Source: the human T2T-CHM13v2.0 reference genome, Homo sapiens. From it: a stretch of 64,000 nucleotides of DNA. The translations under genes and the position numbers were made by a program. The notes beneath the pieces are model-generated. The model was not told the origin of the DNA and made no database searches. It saw nothing but the letters and a program-made list of their open reading frames with translations. The stretch's first letter is position 1. Each line of letters opens with the position of its first letter. The stretch lies in NCBI RefSeq assembly GCF_009914755.1, contig NC_060935.1. One strand, written 5' to 3'. Below, piece after piece: positions 30,000 to 45,832 of the stretch.

Positions 30000-30190
30000 A
30001 AGATGTGGGGGCCACTATTTTGGACTATGAGAATTGGAGTCACACACCAGGAATCATAGAGCAGAGCTGCTATAATGTCTGATGACGTACCTCTAGAAAT
30101 TTGTAAATGAGAAAAATAAATTTCTGCATGCATGATCTCTGTTAATTTGGTTATTGTTTTACTGCAGTCTAAACTTATCTTCCCTGACAA
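30000..30190 (+). mobile_element. Old MLT1 (J/K-like) LTR 3' part, flanked by MIR-like pieces
   Basis: aatgagaaaaataaatttct...ctgttaatttgg...ctgcagtctaaacttatcttccctgaca; MIR-like aagatcacacagctgataa follows. Confidence 0.5.
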
Positions 30191-31099
30191 AAGTAGTTAT
30201 CATTCATTTGACAAATAAAAAGCCTATGCAAAGAGTTAAAATGACCAAGATCACACAGCTGATAAATACACATCTGGGATGGAAATGCAGCTGTCTGTAA
30301 TGTTGAGACAACAGCACATACAGTCTTCTAATGGTTTCCCATTCTACGCAAATAAAAATAGAAAGGTAGATAATAAAAAGGCATGTTTCTAATGAGTGGA
30401 GTAATTTTTATAGGTTAATATTTCCTTTTCTCTGCATTTTCCAGTTAAAGCATCACTTAATTGGTTTACTATACAAGACCTATCATTGTTTAGAAAAAAA
30501 TATATTTCATATGCATTATTTTTTATTTTTACATATCAATCTGAACAAATTTTAGTCCTACAATTTAAAACAAAAATGGATTTTTTGTATTAGTAAAAAT
30601 AACGTGGCTTCATATAAGCAAAATATTTCAAATTTTTAGACAATGTCAACAGCAAATTCAATCTTAAATATGTTTTATTTATTACTCAAGCTTTCAAGTA
30701 ATTTAATGCTTTAGAAATGGTATTTTAACATTAATATTTTTAACACAAAAATAAACATTCAAAAAATTTTAGCAAATTATAAAAAATGTATTCTGTCCAT
30801 TTTTTGCTGTCAAAATTGCTATTAAATTAGCAACTTCTCATTTTTTTCATATTCTTATAAGTATTCTGCAATAGATCTAGAAAAGAACTGAAGCTATATT
30901 CATGATATGTTTGAGTCTAGTTCATTACTTCTTTGTACCTGAACTATTTTTTGGCATAGTTCACTAAGTTGCCATGACAATATGAATTTTAAAAATTAGA
31001 CAAATATCTTTCTAGACTGTGTTTTTATTGTTGTTGATACCGTTATAGTGACTAAGAGTATTACATTGAAGTGAAATGGATGTGTATTTAATTCCAAGT

Positions 31100-31270
31100 G
31101 TACCAGCTGTTTGGCTTTGGGCAAAGTATTAAGGTTCCATAAGCCTTATTTTCTTCATCTGTAAAATTGTGATAATAGGACAGTTTACTACATAGGATTG
31201 CACTGTGTGAGTTAAATGAGAAAAATACACAAAAAGTTTTTGTCCAGGAACTTAATAAGCTCCTAGGATG
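31100..31270 (+). mobile_element. MIR SINE
   Basis: accagctgtttggctttgggcaaag...ttttcttcatctgtaaaattgtgataata...gtgagttaaatgag. Confidence 0.75.
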
Positions 31271-31707
31271 TGCAGAGGCCCAAGAAACAGGGAATTCAAG
31301 ACAGGGAGACATGAAGGATAAATTCCAGGGTGATGTAGGAAAGAAAATCCAAGAACATCAGCTCTGAGGAGGATATTGTCAGCCACCCTTCCAGTTGGGA
31401 GTAGGCCAGAAGCCTGGGTGAGGTCTTCATGAGAACGTCATTGGTAGAATAACTGATAGTTATGAAAATATTTCTTTGTTGTTTACAGTTCTGAGGGAGA
31501 GTCTGGGGAGGCTGAATAATGCACATATAAAAACCTAGGGGAATGGGAAGTGAGGGTGATAGTCATATTCTGATCTTGGGTAGGGATGAGGGAGAAAGGA
31601 AAGCAGAACAATCTTTCAGATGTACATCTTGAAGGAAGGTTGTGTGACGCCAGTGGGCTTACTTGGGGGAAGCTATATAAAAATTAACCCAGAACTTTTG
31701 CTTCTAC

Positions 31708-33051
31708 TGTGTCCAGAGTTGGTAGGTTCTTTGTCTCATTGACTTCAAGAATTAAGCCGCGGACCCTCGCAGTGAGTGTTACAGTTCTTAAAGGCAGCGT
31801 GTCCAGAGTTTGTTCCTTCTGATGTTCAGATGTGTTCAGAGTTTCTTCCTTCTGGTGGGTTCGTGGTCTCACTGGCTCAGGAGTGAAGCTGCAGACCTTT
31901 GCAGTGAGTGTTACAGCTCATAAAGGCAGTGCAGACTCAAAGAGTGAGCAGTAGCAAGATTTAGTGCAAAGAGCTAAAGAACAAAGCTTCCACACCGTGG
32001 AAGGGGACCCCAGTGGGTTGCCACTGCTGGCTCGCAGCCTGCTTTTATTCTCTTATCTGGCCCCACCCACAGCCTGCTGATTGGTCCATTTTACAGAGAG
32101 CCGATTGGACTGTTTTACAGAGAGCTGACTGGTCCATTTTGACAGGGTGCTGATTGGTGCATTTACAATCCCTGAGCTAGACACAAAAGTTCTCCATGTT
32201 CCCACTAGATTAGCTAGATACTGAGTGTCAATTGGTGCATTCACAATCGCTTAGCTAAACATAAAGATTCTCTAAGTCCCCACCAGACTAACTAGATACA
32301 GAGTGCCGATTGGTGCATTCACAAACCCTGAGTTAGGCACAGGGTGCTGATTGGTGTGTTTACAAACCTTGAGCCAGATACAGAGTGCTGATTTGTGTAG
32401 TTATAATCCCTTAGCTAGACATACAGATTCTCCAATCCCCACCAGACTCAGGAGCCCAGGTGGCTTCACCCAGTGGATCCCACCCCAGGCCGCAGGTGGA
32501 GCTGCCTGCCAGTCCCCTGCCCTGCACCCGCACTCCTCAGCCCTTGGGTGGTCTGGTGGGACCAGGAGCCCTGCAGCAGGGGGTGGCACTCGTGGGGGAG
32601 GCTCCAGCCACGCAGGAGCCCACGGTGGGTGCGGGAGGCTCAGGCTTGGCGGGCTGCAGGTCCCGAGCCCGGCCCCACGGGGTGGCAGCTAAGGCCCAGC
32701 TAGAAGTCGAGCACAGCAGCTGCTGGCCCAGGTGCTAAGCCCCTCACTGCCCAGGGCTTGTGGGCCGGCCGGTTGCTCTGAGTGCGGGGCTGCTGAGCCC
32801 ACGCACACCCGGAACTTGCGCTGGCCCGCAAGTGTGTTGTGCAGCCCGGGTTCCCACTGGCGCCTCTCCCTCCACACCTCCCTGCAAGCTGAGGGAGCCA
32901 GCTCTGGCCTTGGCCAGCCCAGACAGGGGCTCCCACAGTGCAGCGGCAGGCTGAAGGGCTCCTCAAGCACAGCCAGAGTGGGCGCCGAGGCCGAGGAGGC
33001 CCCAAGAGTGAGCAAGGGCTGCGAGGGCTGCCAGCATGCTGTCACCTCTCA
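31708..33051 (-). mobile_element. LTR12C (HERV9/ERV1) solo LTR
   Basis: tgtgtccagagttgg...gagtgttacagttcttaaaggc...tandem gattgg/gctagatacagag units, GC-rich part, ...gctgtcacctctca. Perfect 4-bp TSD ctac (31704-31707; 33052-33055). Accounts for all ORFs at 31684-33058. Confidence 0.96.
32037..32354 (-). promoter_or_regulatory. LTR12 U3 promoter: six CCAAT boxes, GATA site and AATAAAA TATA-like box
   Basis: ATTGG on + at 32080, 32104, 32153, 32231, 32309 and 32350; the - strand reads AGATAAGAGAATAAAAGCAGGC at 32058->32037. Confidence 0.75.
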
Positions 33052-33687
33052 CTACTAGCATAGCTAGTAAATTGAAACTTCATATGATTTTTAAGAAGCA
33101 GAGAGAGAGTGTGTATTTAGTTAAATAACAAAGCCTGCTAGGTTGCTTTAATCTCAGCAGATACCATGGTCTGGCACAAATAAAGGATAAAGAAGCCTGC
33201 TTTGCTACATAAAGAATTAAAATGAAATATAGCAGCTGCTGAAATAACATGCGTAAATCACAACAGAAATAGCAAAGAGATTAAAACCAATTGCAGGTGA
33301 TAGAGAAACTTTCATGGTATAGATGCTTTGAAGCTGGGCCTTGGTATAGAAAAGTAGGATGGGTAGCAGGGCAGATAATCAGCATGTGCACAGGTAGCAA
33401 TGAGGAAAGAGAGAGAGCAGGTGAGTGAAAGACATAGATTTAGTGAGAAGTAAGTAAATGATAGAATGAGAATAATGCAGTAGATTGATTCCTGATTTTA
33501 AAAGACTTTGCTCCAGAACAATGAACTTTGCTTTAAGAAATGAAATGCTTTTAGGCTAGATAAAGTTATTCTCAAAACAGGTGTTTTAGAAAGACACTAA
33601 CTTTTCTGACAGTGTTTAAATTGTATTGGGATATAAAGCATCATCAGTAGTAAAGGCAACAAAAATTAAAAACAGAGTTAAAAAATA

Positions 33688-34310
33688 TGTATTACTTATT
33701 AGGATTACCCTAGCAAATTGCCACAGATAGTGGCTAAAAACAACAGAAATCTATTCTCTCACAGTGTTGGAAGCTAGCTGCCTGAAATAAAGGTGTCCAC
33801 GGACCATGCTCCCAGTGAAGATTCTAGGGATGAATTCTTCCCTGTTTCTTTCTCACTTATGCTGGTTCACAGCAATACCTGGCACCCATTGGCATTACTC
33901 CAATCTCTGTGTCAATCTTCACATGGTCTTCTCCCCTGTGTTTATGTCTGTGTCTCTTCTCTTTTTTTTAAGAATACTTAACATATTGGATGTAGGGCCT
34001 AATTTAGTCCAGTACAACTCAATCTTAACTTGATTACATCTGTAAAAACCTTATTTCTACATATGGTTATAGTCTAAGGTTCTGGGTGGACATAACATTG
34101 GGAGGAGTTTGCTATTCAACCTACTGTAGTTGTCCCTATGTCTCTCCCAAAATTTATATCTGCTTATGTGCCAAATTTATTCTAATCCTAACATCCCCAA
34201 TTTTTTAGCTAATTCCAAAATCTCATCTAAATATCATCAACTCAAAATGTTCCAAATCTCATTATCTAAACAAATCTAAGTCATGTATGCTTGCCCAATT
34301 TCGTCTGCAC
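33688..34310 (-). mobile_element. MLT1B/C LTR (33688-34127) with adjacent MLT1-internal stub
   Basis: caaattgccacag...aacaacagaaatctattctctcacag...cttaacttgattacatctg...attcaacctactgta, then ccaaaatctcatctaaatatcatc internal-like sequence. Confidence 0.8.
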
Positions 34311-34419
34311 TTAATGGTATAACTATTTTTGTTACTGGTCATTGTTATTATAACTATATAAGTTAAATTGTCAATAATTAATAAAAAGAGTGCAAAAATA
34401 GATTTTTGGTGATTTATGT

Positions 34420-34712
34420 CCGGTGGGATAATACACTAAACACAAAGAGTATATGCCATATAATTCCATTTATATAAAGTTCAAAGTTAAAAATACTAAC
34501 CTGTACTGATAGAAGTCAGAAGAGTGGTTACTTCTTTGGGACAAGGCATAAAATGGAAATGATAAGAAATATAAGGGAGACTTCAGGAGTGAAGGAAATG
34601 TTTTTTTTTTTTATTTTGAGTTGGGTAATAGTTACAGAAGTGTATACATTTGTGAAAATATACCAAGCTACACAATTAAGCTTTGTGCATTTTCAGAAGT
34701 TATTTAAAAATA
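34420..34712 (+). mobile_element. L1ME-type 3' UTR fragment
   Basis: aattccatttatataaagttcaaa...tgatagaagtcagaagagtggttac...gtatacatttgtgaaaat...tttgtgcatttt. Confidence 0.75.
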
Positions 34713-34716
34713 AGTC

Positions 34717-35070
34717 AGCCAGGCACAGGGGTTCACGTCTGCAATCCCAGCACTTTAGGAGGCCATGACAGGCAGATACCTTGTGCCCAGGAGTTCAAGA
34801 CCAGCCTGAGCAATATGGAAAAACTGTGTCTCCACCGAAAAAAAAAAAAAAAAAAAAAAAAAGCCAGGTATGGTGGCACGTGCCTGTAGTCCCAGATACT
34901 CAGGAGACTGAAGTGGGAGGATGACTTATCCCTGATGGCGGAGTTTTACAGTGAGCTGAAATCATGCCGCTGAACTTCATCCTGGGTGGCAGAGCCCGAC
35001 TCTGTCAAAAAAAAGAAAAGAAAAGAAAAAAGAAAAGGAAAATAAAGAAAGAAATAAAGAAAGAAAATTA
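34717..35070 (+). mobile_element. AluJ with expanded middle A-tract
   Basis: gcccaggagttcaagaccagcctgagcaa and gtgggaggatgactt (AluJ diagnostics); ~25 A at 34838-34862; GAAA tail. Confidence 0.93.
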
Positions 35071-35947
35071 AAGTAATAAATAAATTTTTAAAAGTATAAA
35101 TTTTCAATATGAAAACTTTTCTCAATGCATTCAACAGACTCAATAAATAAGAGATGCATAAAAATTTGTCAAGCAAACAGAAGAGAAGCAAGTGTAAATG
35201 ATTGGTAGAAAGTCATACTCTAGAAAAATTATTCTTCATATTGCATCACAAAGCCTTTATTTCCAGCAGAGAAAACATTATGTCTATGGTTTATTAAATG
35301 ATAACCTCAGAACATCATTTATTAGAACCTAGTTCAAGTGCCATTTACTGATATTGGAACACATATTTATCTGTTTTAAGTTAATATATTTTATTTCCGA
35401 CATGTATGTCACTTTAAAAAATTATTTCTCACTTAGATGATTTTTCATTAACCCACAAACTTTCTGCAATGATAGTATTAAAATGAGAAAGTTTTCAGTA
35501 TATATACTAACATTATTCCATTAATATGTATGAGAAAAATTCACTTAAAAAATCTGACAGCATTTGCGATAAGTGACAGTGAGGATGTAAATATAAAGTT
35601 AGATCCTTAACTCTTAGTTCCTATGCTTTATTCCTTTTTAAAATTGATCTGATAACTTTATCTAATCGAGGGAGGTCAGGATTGAGATACAGGATGAAAC
35701 TGGCCAATTCTATTAAATATATTTTGAAAACCTAACATTTATACAAATATGTTTAATAAAGTAAACCCGGCTTTATAAAAAAAAGTTACTTCTTAAGTGA
35801 GTTATTCAGTAAAATTTTTAAATAAGAAATTAATTTAAAATTTTAAAAAGTGTAAATATAAAGCTGTGAAACAAGACAAAAATGTTAAGGGTTAAATTAA
35901 CTAAGATGATGCAATAAATTCTATGTGGAAAAAAATGAATTTTTTTA

Positions 35948-37320
35948 TTCCAAGATGATGAATAAGAGGGCTTTAGCATGCATCAGCCACTTGGAAATAG
36001 CAAGATAGTGCATAAAGATCATTTCTGTGAAAAGAAAAAAGGGAATCCACCAGAATTGCTGCAGGGAAGCACAAAGAGATCCAACAAAAGGTTAAAAATC
36101 AACACAAAGAGATTTCTAAAGCAATTAAGAAAATGGCAGAAGAAATAAACATCTTAATGGAAAAGAAGAGCTTCTGGAATTAAAAAATCAGAGTTTCCTA
36201 AACTCACTTAAGAAATTTCAAAATACAAATTAAAGCTTTATCAATAGACTAGAACAGGCAGAGGAAAGAATTGCAGAGCTTAAAGATTAGTCTTTCAAAC
36301 TCATCTAGTTAGGCAAATATAAAAAAATGAACTTTAAAAAATTAACAAAGTCATTGGGAAATATGGGATTATGTAAAATGAGCAAATCTATGAATTATTG
36401 GCATTTCTGACAGAAGAAGGAAAAAGTAAACAATTTAGAAAACATATTTGAGGGAATAATTCAAGAAAATTTCCCTGATCTTGTTAGAAAAGTATACATC
36501 CATATAGAAAAGAAATCCAGAGAACACCTTTGAGATATTATATATCATGAACATCAGCAAGGAATATGGTGACCAGACTGTCCAAGATCAACATTGAAGA
36601 AAAAAGTTTAAAGGCATATATCAGATGATGCAAACTTTAAACCAACAATAGTAAAAAGGGACAGAGAAAGGTATTACATAATAATAAAATATTCAATTAA
36701 ACAGGAAGACTTAACTATCTTAAATATATACTTAACAAAAACTGGAGCACCTAGATTCATAAAACAAGTACTTCTAGACCCCCAAAAAACTTAGAAAGCC
36801 ACACAATAATAGTGAGAGATTTCAACACACTGATAGTGTTAAACATAATATTGAGGAGGAAAACTAACAAAGAAATTCTAGACTTAAACTCGACACATGG
36901 CCAATTGCACCTAATAAGCATCTACAGAATACTTAACCCGTCAAATGCAGAATATACATCTTCTCGTCTGCACATGGAACATACTCCAAGGTCGACCACA
37001 TGGACCATAAAGTGAGTCTCAATAAATTCAAAAAAATTGAAATTATACCATTTTACTCAAAGACCATAATGGAATTTAACTAGAAATCAATGCCAAGAAG
37101 ATCTCTCAAAATCACACAATTACATGGAAATTAAACAACTTGCTCCAGAGTGACTTTTGGGTAAACAACACAATTAAGGAAGAAATGAAAAAGATTTTGA
37201 AATTAATGAAAACAGAGAAACAACCTCTCTGGGTAGTAATCATAGCAGTGTTAAGAAGAAAGTTTATAGTAATAAACATCTGTTGCAAAAAAATAGATCT
37301 CAAATTAATTATCTAACATT
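35948..37320 (+). mobile_element. Older primate L1 (L1PA15/16-like), 5' part: 5' UTR stub, ORF1 and EN remnants
   Basis: ttccaagatg 5'-UTR start; ORF1-like gaaatatgggattatgtaaa and ggaataattcaagaaaatttccc; EN-like actttaaaccaacaatag and gatttcaacac. Continues at 42468. Confidence 0.85.
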
Positions 37321-40530
<3,210 letters not shown>

Positions 40531-40534
40531 AAAG

Positions 40535-41563
40535 ATGGGGAAAAAAAAGAGCAGAAAACCTGAAAAGTCTAAAAGTCAGAGCACCTCTCCTCCTGCAAAT
40601 GAACACAGCTCCTCACCAGCAATGGAACAAAGCTGGACAGAGAATGACTTTGAAGAGTTGAGAGAAGAAGGCTTCAGACAATCGAACTTCTCCGAGCTAA
40701 AGGAGGAAGGTCGAACCCATTGCAAAGAAGCTGAAAACCTTGAAAAAAGATTAGATGAATGGCTAACTAGAATAACTATTGTAGTTATTCTAGTTAATAT
40801 GACCTTAAATGACCTGATGGAGCTGAAAACCATGGCATGAGAATTATGTAACGAATGCAGAAGCTTCAGTAGCTGATTCGATCAATTGGAAGAAAGCGTA
40901 TCAGTGATGAAAGATCAAATGAATGAAATGAAGTGAAAAGAGAAGTTTTGAGAAAAAAGAGTAAAAAGAAACCAACAAAGCCTCCAAGAAACACAGGACT
41001 ATGTGAAAAGACCAAATCTGTATCTGATTGGTGTACCTGAAAGTGATGGGGAGAATGGAATCAAGTTGGAAAACACTCTGCAGCATATTATCCAGGAGAA
41101 CTTCCCCAACCTAGCAAGGCAGGCCAACATTCAAATTCAGGAAATACGGAGAATGCCACAAGGATGCTCCTCGAGAGAAGAAACTCCAAGATACACAATT
41201 GTCAGACTCCCGAAAGTTGAAATGAAGGAAAAATTGTTAAGGACAGCCAGAGAGAAAGGTCAGGTTACCCACAAAGGGAAGCCCATCAGACTAACAGTGG
41301 ATCTCTCTGCAGAAACTCTACAAGCCAGAAGAGAGTGGGGGCCAATATTCCACATTCTTAAAGAGAAGAATTTTCAACCCAGAATTTCATATCCAGCCAA
41401 ACTAAGCTTCATAAGTGAAGGAGAAATAAAATCCTTTACAGACAAGCAAATGCTGAGAGATTTTGTCACCACCAGGCCTGCCCTACAAGAGCTCCTGAAG
41501 GAAGCACTAAATATGGAAAGGAACAACCAGTACCAGCCACTGCAAAAACATGCCAAATTGTAA
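40535..41563 (+). pseudogene. Disrupted L1 ORF1p
   Basis: MGKKKSRK...ENDFEELREEGFR (40535-40840) and KRPNL.LIGVPE...ARREWG...YPAKLSF...QPLQKHAKL (41003-41563); internal stops and frameshift; 63-nt spacer to the ORF2 ATG at 41627. Confidence 0.93.
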
Positions 41564-41626
41564 AGACCATAGATGCTAGGAAAAATCTGCATCAACTAAC
41601 GGGCAAAATAACCAGCCAACATCATA

Positions 41627-42455
41627 ATGACAGGATCAAATTCACACATAACAATATTAACCTTAAATGTAAATGGGCTAAATGCTCCAGTTAAAAGACA
41701 CGGACTGGCAAATTGGATAAAGTGTCAAGACCCATCAGTGTGCTGTAATCAGGAGACCCATCTCATGTGCAGAGACACACATAGGTTCAAAATAAAAGGA
41801 TGGAGGAAGATCTACCAAGCAAATGGAAAACAAACAAACAAACAAAAAAGCAGGGGTTGCAATCCTAGTCTCTGATAAAACAGACTTTAAACCAACAAAG
41901 ATCAAAAGAGATAAAGAAGGCCATTACATAATGGTAAAGGGATCAGTTCAACAAGAAAAGTTAACTATCCTAAATATATATGCACCCAATATAGGAGCAC
42001 CCAGATTCATAAAGCAAGTCTTTAGAGACCTACAAAGAGACTTAGACTCCCTCACAATAATAATGGGAGACTTTAACACTCCACTGTCAACATTAGACAG
42101 ATCAACAAGACAGAAAGTTAACAGGGATATTGAGGATTTGAACTCAGCTCTGCATCAAGCAGACCTAATAAACATCTACAGAACTCTCCACCTCAAATCA
42201 ACAGAATATACATTCTTCTCAGCACCATATCACACTTATTCCAAAATTGACCACATAGTTGGAAGTAAAGCACTCCTCAGCAACTGTACAAGAAGAGAAA
42301 TTATAACAAACTGTCTCTCAGACCACAGTGCAATCAAACTAGAACTCAGGATTAAGAAACTCACTCAAAACCGCTCAACTACATGGAAACTGAACAACCT
42401 GCTCCTGAATGGCCACTGGGTACATAATGAAATGAAGGCAGAAATAAAGATGTTC
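41627..42455 (+). pseudogene. Disrupted L1 ORF2p endonuclease domain
   Basis: MTGSNSHITILTLNVNGLN...QETH; after a frameshift NIYAPN...GDFNTPL...YSKIDH...SDHSAIKLE. Confidence 0.93.
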
Positions 42456-42467
42456 TTATCTAAGATT

Positions 42468-43643
42468 GTTATGTAGAGAAACTAAAAATCAAAAACAAAC
42501 CAACCCCAATGTTAGCAAAGGAAATAAAAAACTAAAATTAGAGAATAAGATAATGTAATTGAGACCAAAAAATCCATAAAAAGTATCAATGAAATCAAAA
42601 GTTTCTTTTTTAAAGAGGATAAATTGATAGATCATTAACTACATTAACAAATAAAATAAAGAATATCCAAACAAGCACAATCAGGAACAACAAAGTTGGC
42701 ATTACAACCAATCTCACAGAAGTATAAAAGATTTTCAGATGCTATTAACAACACCTCTATTCACACAAACTAGAAAATCTGGAGAAAAGTAAATAAATTT
42801 CTAAGATGGATTCACATCCAAATTTTACAAGATATACAAAAAAAGAGCTGGTACCAATTCTAGTGAAACTATTTCAAAAAATTAAGGAGGAAGGATTCCT
42901 ACCAAACTCGTTCTATGAAGCCAGCATCACTCTGATATGAAAACCTGGAAAAGAAATGACAAAAAAAGAAAAAAACTACAGGTCAATATCTCTGATGAAC
43001 ATGGACATGAAAGTCCTCAACAAAATACTAGCAAATCAAATCCAGTAGCACATCAAAAATTATTTCATAACAAATAGACTTTATTCCTGGGATGTAAGCT
43101 TAGTTCAACATACACAAATCAATAAATATGACTCACCACATAAACAGAATTAAAAACACAAACCATATTATTATCTCAATAGATGTTGAAAAAGCTTTTG
43201 ATTGAATCCAACACTTCTTCATGTTAAAAACCCTCAACAAACTAGGCATTGAAGGAACATACCCCAAATTAATAAAAGCCATTTATGACAAACCCATAGC
43301 CAATATCATACTGAATGGGCAAAAGCTGGAAGCATTCCCCTCATTCACTGGAACAAGACAAGTATGCTCACTTTCACCACTTGTATTTAACATACTACTA
43401 GAAGTCCTTGCCACAGCAATCAGTCAAGAGAAAGAAATAAAAGGCAACCAAATACAAAAAGAATTCAAATTATGTTCTTCACTGATGATATGATTTTATA
43501 CATGGAAAACCTTACAATCTCCACCAAAGGCTCCTGGAACTGATAAAAGACTTCAGTAAAGTTTCTGGATACAAAAATTAATGTAAAAAAAATCAGTTCT
43601 CTACAGCAATAACTTTCAAGCTAGCAGCCAAATAAAGCCACAC

Positions 43644-43689
<46 letters not shown>

Positions 43690-45312
43690 CCTAGAAATAC
43701 ATCTAACCAAGGATCTACAAGAGGAGCTACAAAACACTGCTGAAAGAGATCATAAATTACACAAATAAATGGAAAAATATTTCATGCTCATGGATTGGGA
43801 GAATTAATATCATCAAAGTGGTCACACCTCCCAAAGCAATCTACAGATTCAACGCTATTCATATCAAATTACCAATGTCATTTTCATAGAATTAGAAAAA
43901 AACTATTCTAAACTGCATGCGGAATCAAAAAGAGCTTGAATAATCAAAGCCTAAGCAAAACGAGCAAAACTGGAGGCATCACATTACTGGAACCCAAACT
44001 AGTACTATAAGGCTGTAATATCCAAAACAGCATGGTACCGGTCCAAAAACACATCAACCAATGAAACAAAATAGAGAATCTAGAAAGAAAGTTGCACACC
44101 TACAGCCACCTGATCTTCCAGAAAGTCAACAAAAATAATCTATAGGGAAAGAATTTTCTATTCAATAAATGACACTGGGAGAGCTGGCCCAGCTGTATGA
44201 AGAAAAATGAAGCTGGATCCTTACATTTTACCACATACAAAAAAAAAACCCAAGATAGAGTAATGATTTAAATGTAAGACCTTAAACTATAAGAATCCTA
44301 GAAGAAAACCTAGGAAACACCATTCTGGGTATTGGTCTTGGGAAATAATTTACAGCTAAGTCTTCAAAAGCAACTGCTACAAAACATGAATTGACCAGTG
44401 AAACCTAGTTAAACTAAAGAGCTTCTGCACATCAGAAGAAATAGAGCAAATAGACAATTTATACAATGGGAGAAAATATTCACAAACTATGCACATGACA
44501 TATGTCGAATACCCAGAATTTATAAGGAACTTAAACAATTAAACAAGAAAAAAATTAATCTCATTAATTTGTGGGCAAAAGACATCAGCAGACACTTTTC
44601 AAAAGAAGACATACAAGTGACTAACAAACATGAAGAAATTCTCCACATCACTAATCACTAGAGAAATGCAAATCAAAACCACAAAGAGATAGCATCTCAT
44701 ACCCATCAGAACGGCTAAGAAGTCAAAAAACACCAGATTCTGGCAAGGCTACAGAAGAAATGAAATGCTGATAAATTTCTGATGAGAACATAAATTAGCC
44801 ACTGTGGAAAGCAATTTGGAGATTTCTTATAGAGCTACCATTGAAACGAGCAATCCCATTATTGAGTATATATATAAAAGAAAATAAATTATTCCACCAA
44901 AAGGACACCTGCACCCATATGTCTCTTACAGCTCTATTCACAATAGCAAAGATATGTAAACAACCTTGGTATGCGTCAGTGGTGGATTCACTGAAGAAAA
45001 TGTGTTTCATAACACCATGGAACACTATGCAGCCATAAAGAGAACGAAATCATGTTCATTGCAGAAACATGGATGCAGCTGGAGGCCACTATCCTGTGTA
45101 TTAACACAGGAGCAGAAAACCAAATACCACATATGCTCACTATAAGTGGGAGCTGAACATTTGGGTTCTCATGGACATAAAGATGTTAACAGTAGCCACG
45201 AGGGAGCACTAGAGTAGGGAGAGAGGGAGAGGACAAGGGCTTAAAAACTTCCTATCTGGTACTGTGCTCACTCCTCAGCATCACACAATCTACCCATTCC
45301 AAGTGTACACTT
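42468..45312 (+). mobile_element. Older L1 (L1PA15/16-like), 3' part
   Basis: Resumes host ORF2 after the TSD ([14 protein letters not shown]...); 3' UTR atggacataaagatg...aaaaacttcctat...cagcatcacacaatctacccat; no poly(A) left. Confidence 0.88.
43639..43688 (+). repeat. (CA)n microsatellite inside L1 ORF2
   Basis: ~25 CA units with one interruption. Confidence 0.97.
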
Positions 45313-45832
45313 TTAGTCAATGATCAATCATTCCGGGGCTTGTCAATAGAATGTGTTCACACTTAGAATGTTGCATAATTATGGTGGTTGCCTTATTGTG
45401 GATGCAATAACTTGAGTAATATACTAAATAGAGATCCAGAATAATAAAATTTTGGAGGATCATATGAAAGTATGGTTAAAGTAGTTCAACTAAAGAAATA
45501 AAACAAGAATACACTGGTTTTCATCATTCCACAGAATTCATTTTTTCTCAAGGAGATATTTTCTATCTTCATTTATTCTCTTTGCCACCTACAAGTTTCT
45601 GCAGCAACATGTGTCTTTTTGCTAGATAATAGTTTCAGTTTTCTCTGTTCTTAAGTTTAATTAGAAATTTCATAGAGATAGTTAGATGTCGTTTTTGCCA
45701 ATTTTCCCCTGAATTCAGCTAGCGTCTAAGACGTGATACACGGAAGGATAAAGTACTTGATAATTTCCTCAATATAAGAACAGTGATCTGCTCAATACTG
45801 ATAGCTATAGTGAAAATGGAAAAGACCTGTAG

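Larger units (their letters stand above)
40531..42455 (+). mobile_element. Inverted 5' segment of the same L1PA (ORF1, spacer, EN domain)
   Basis: Starts aaagATGGGGAAAAA at the ORF1 start and ends gaaataaagatgttc, ~8-10 nt upstream in L1 coordinates of where the - segment begins (atgagaacaaagac). TSD ttatctaa(c/g)att at 37309-37320 and 42456-42467. Confidence 0.96.

Noticed and set aside
32080-32420. Spaced repeats resembling a CRISPR array
   Set aside because: Known LTR12 U3 tandem enhancer units; eukaryotic context, no unique spacers or cas genes.
32351-33058. Eight overlapping ORFs and a CpG-island-like composition
   Set aside because: All lie within the GC-rich part of LTR12C; not a gene.
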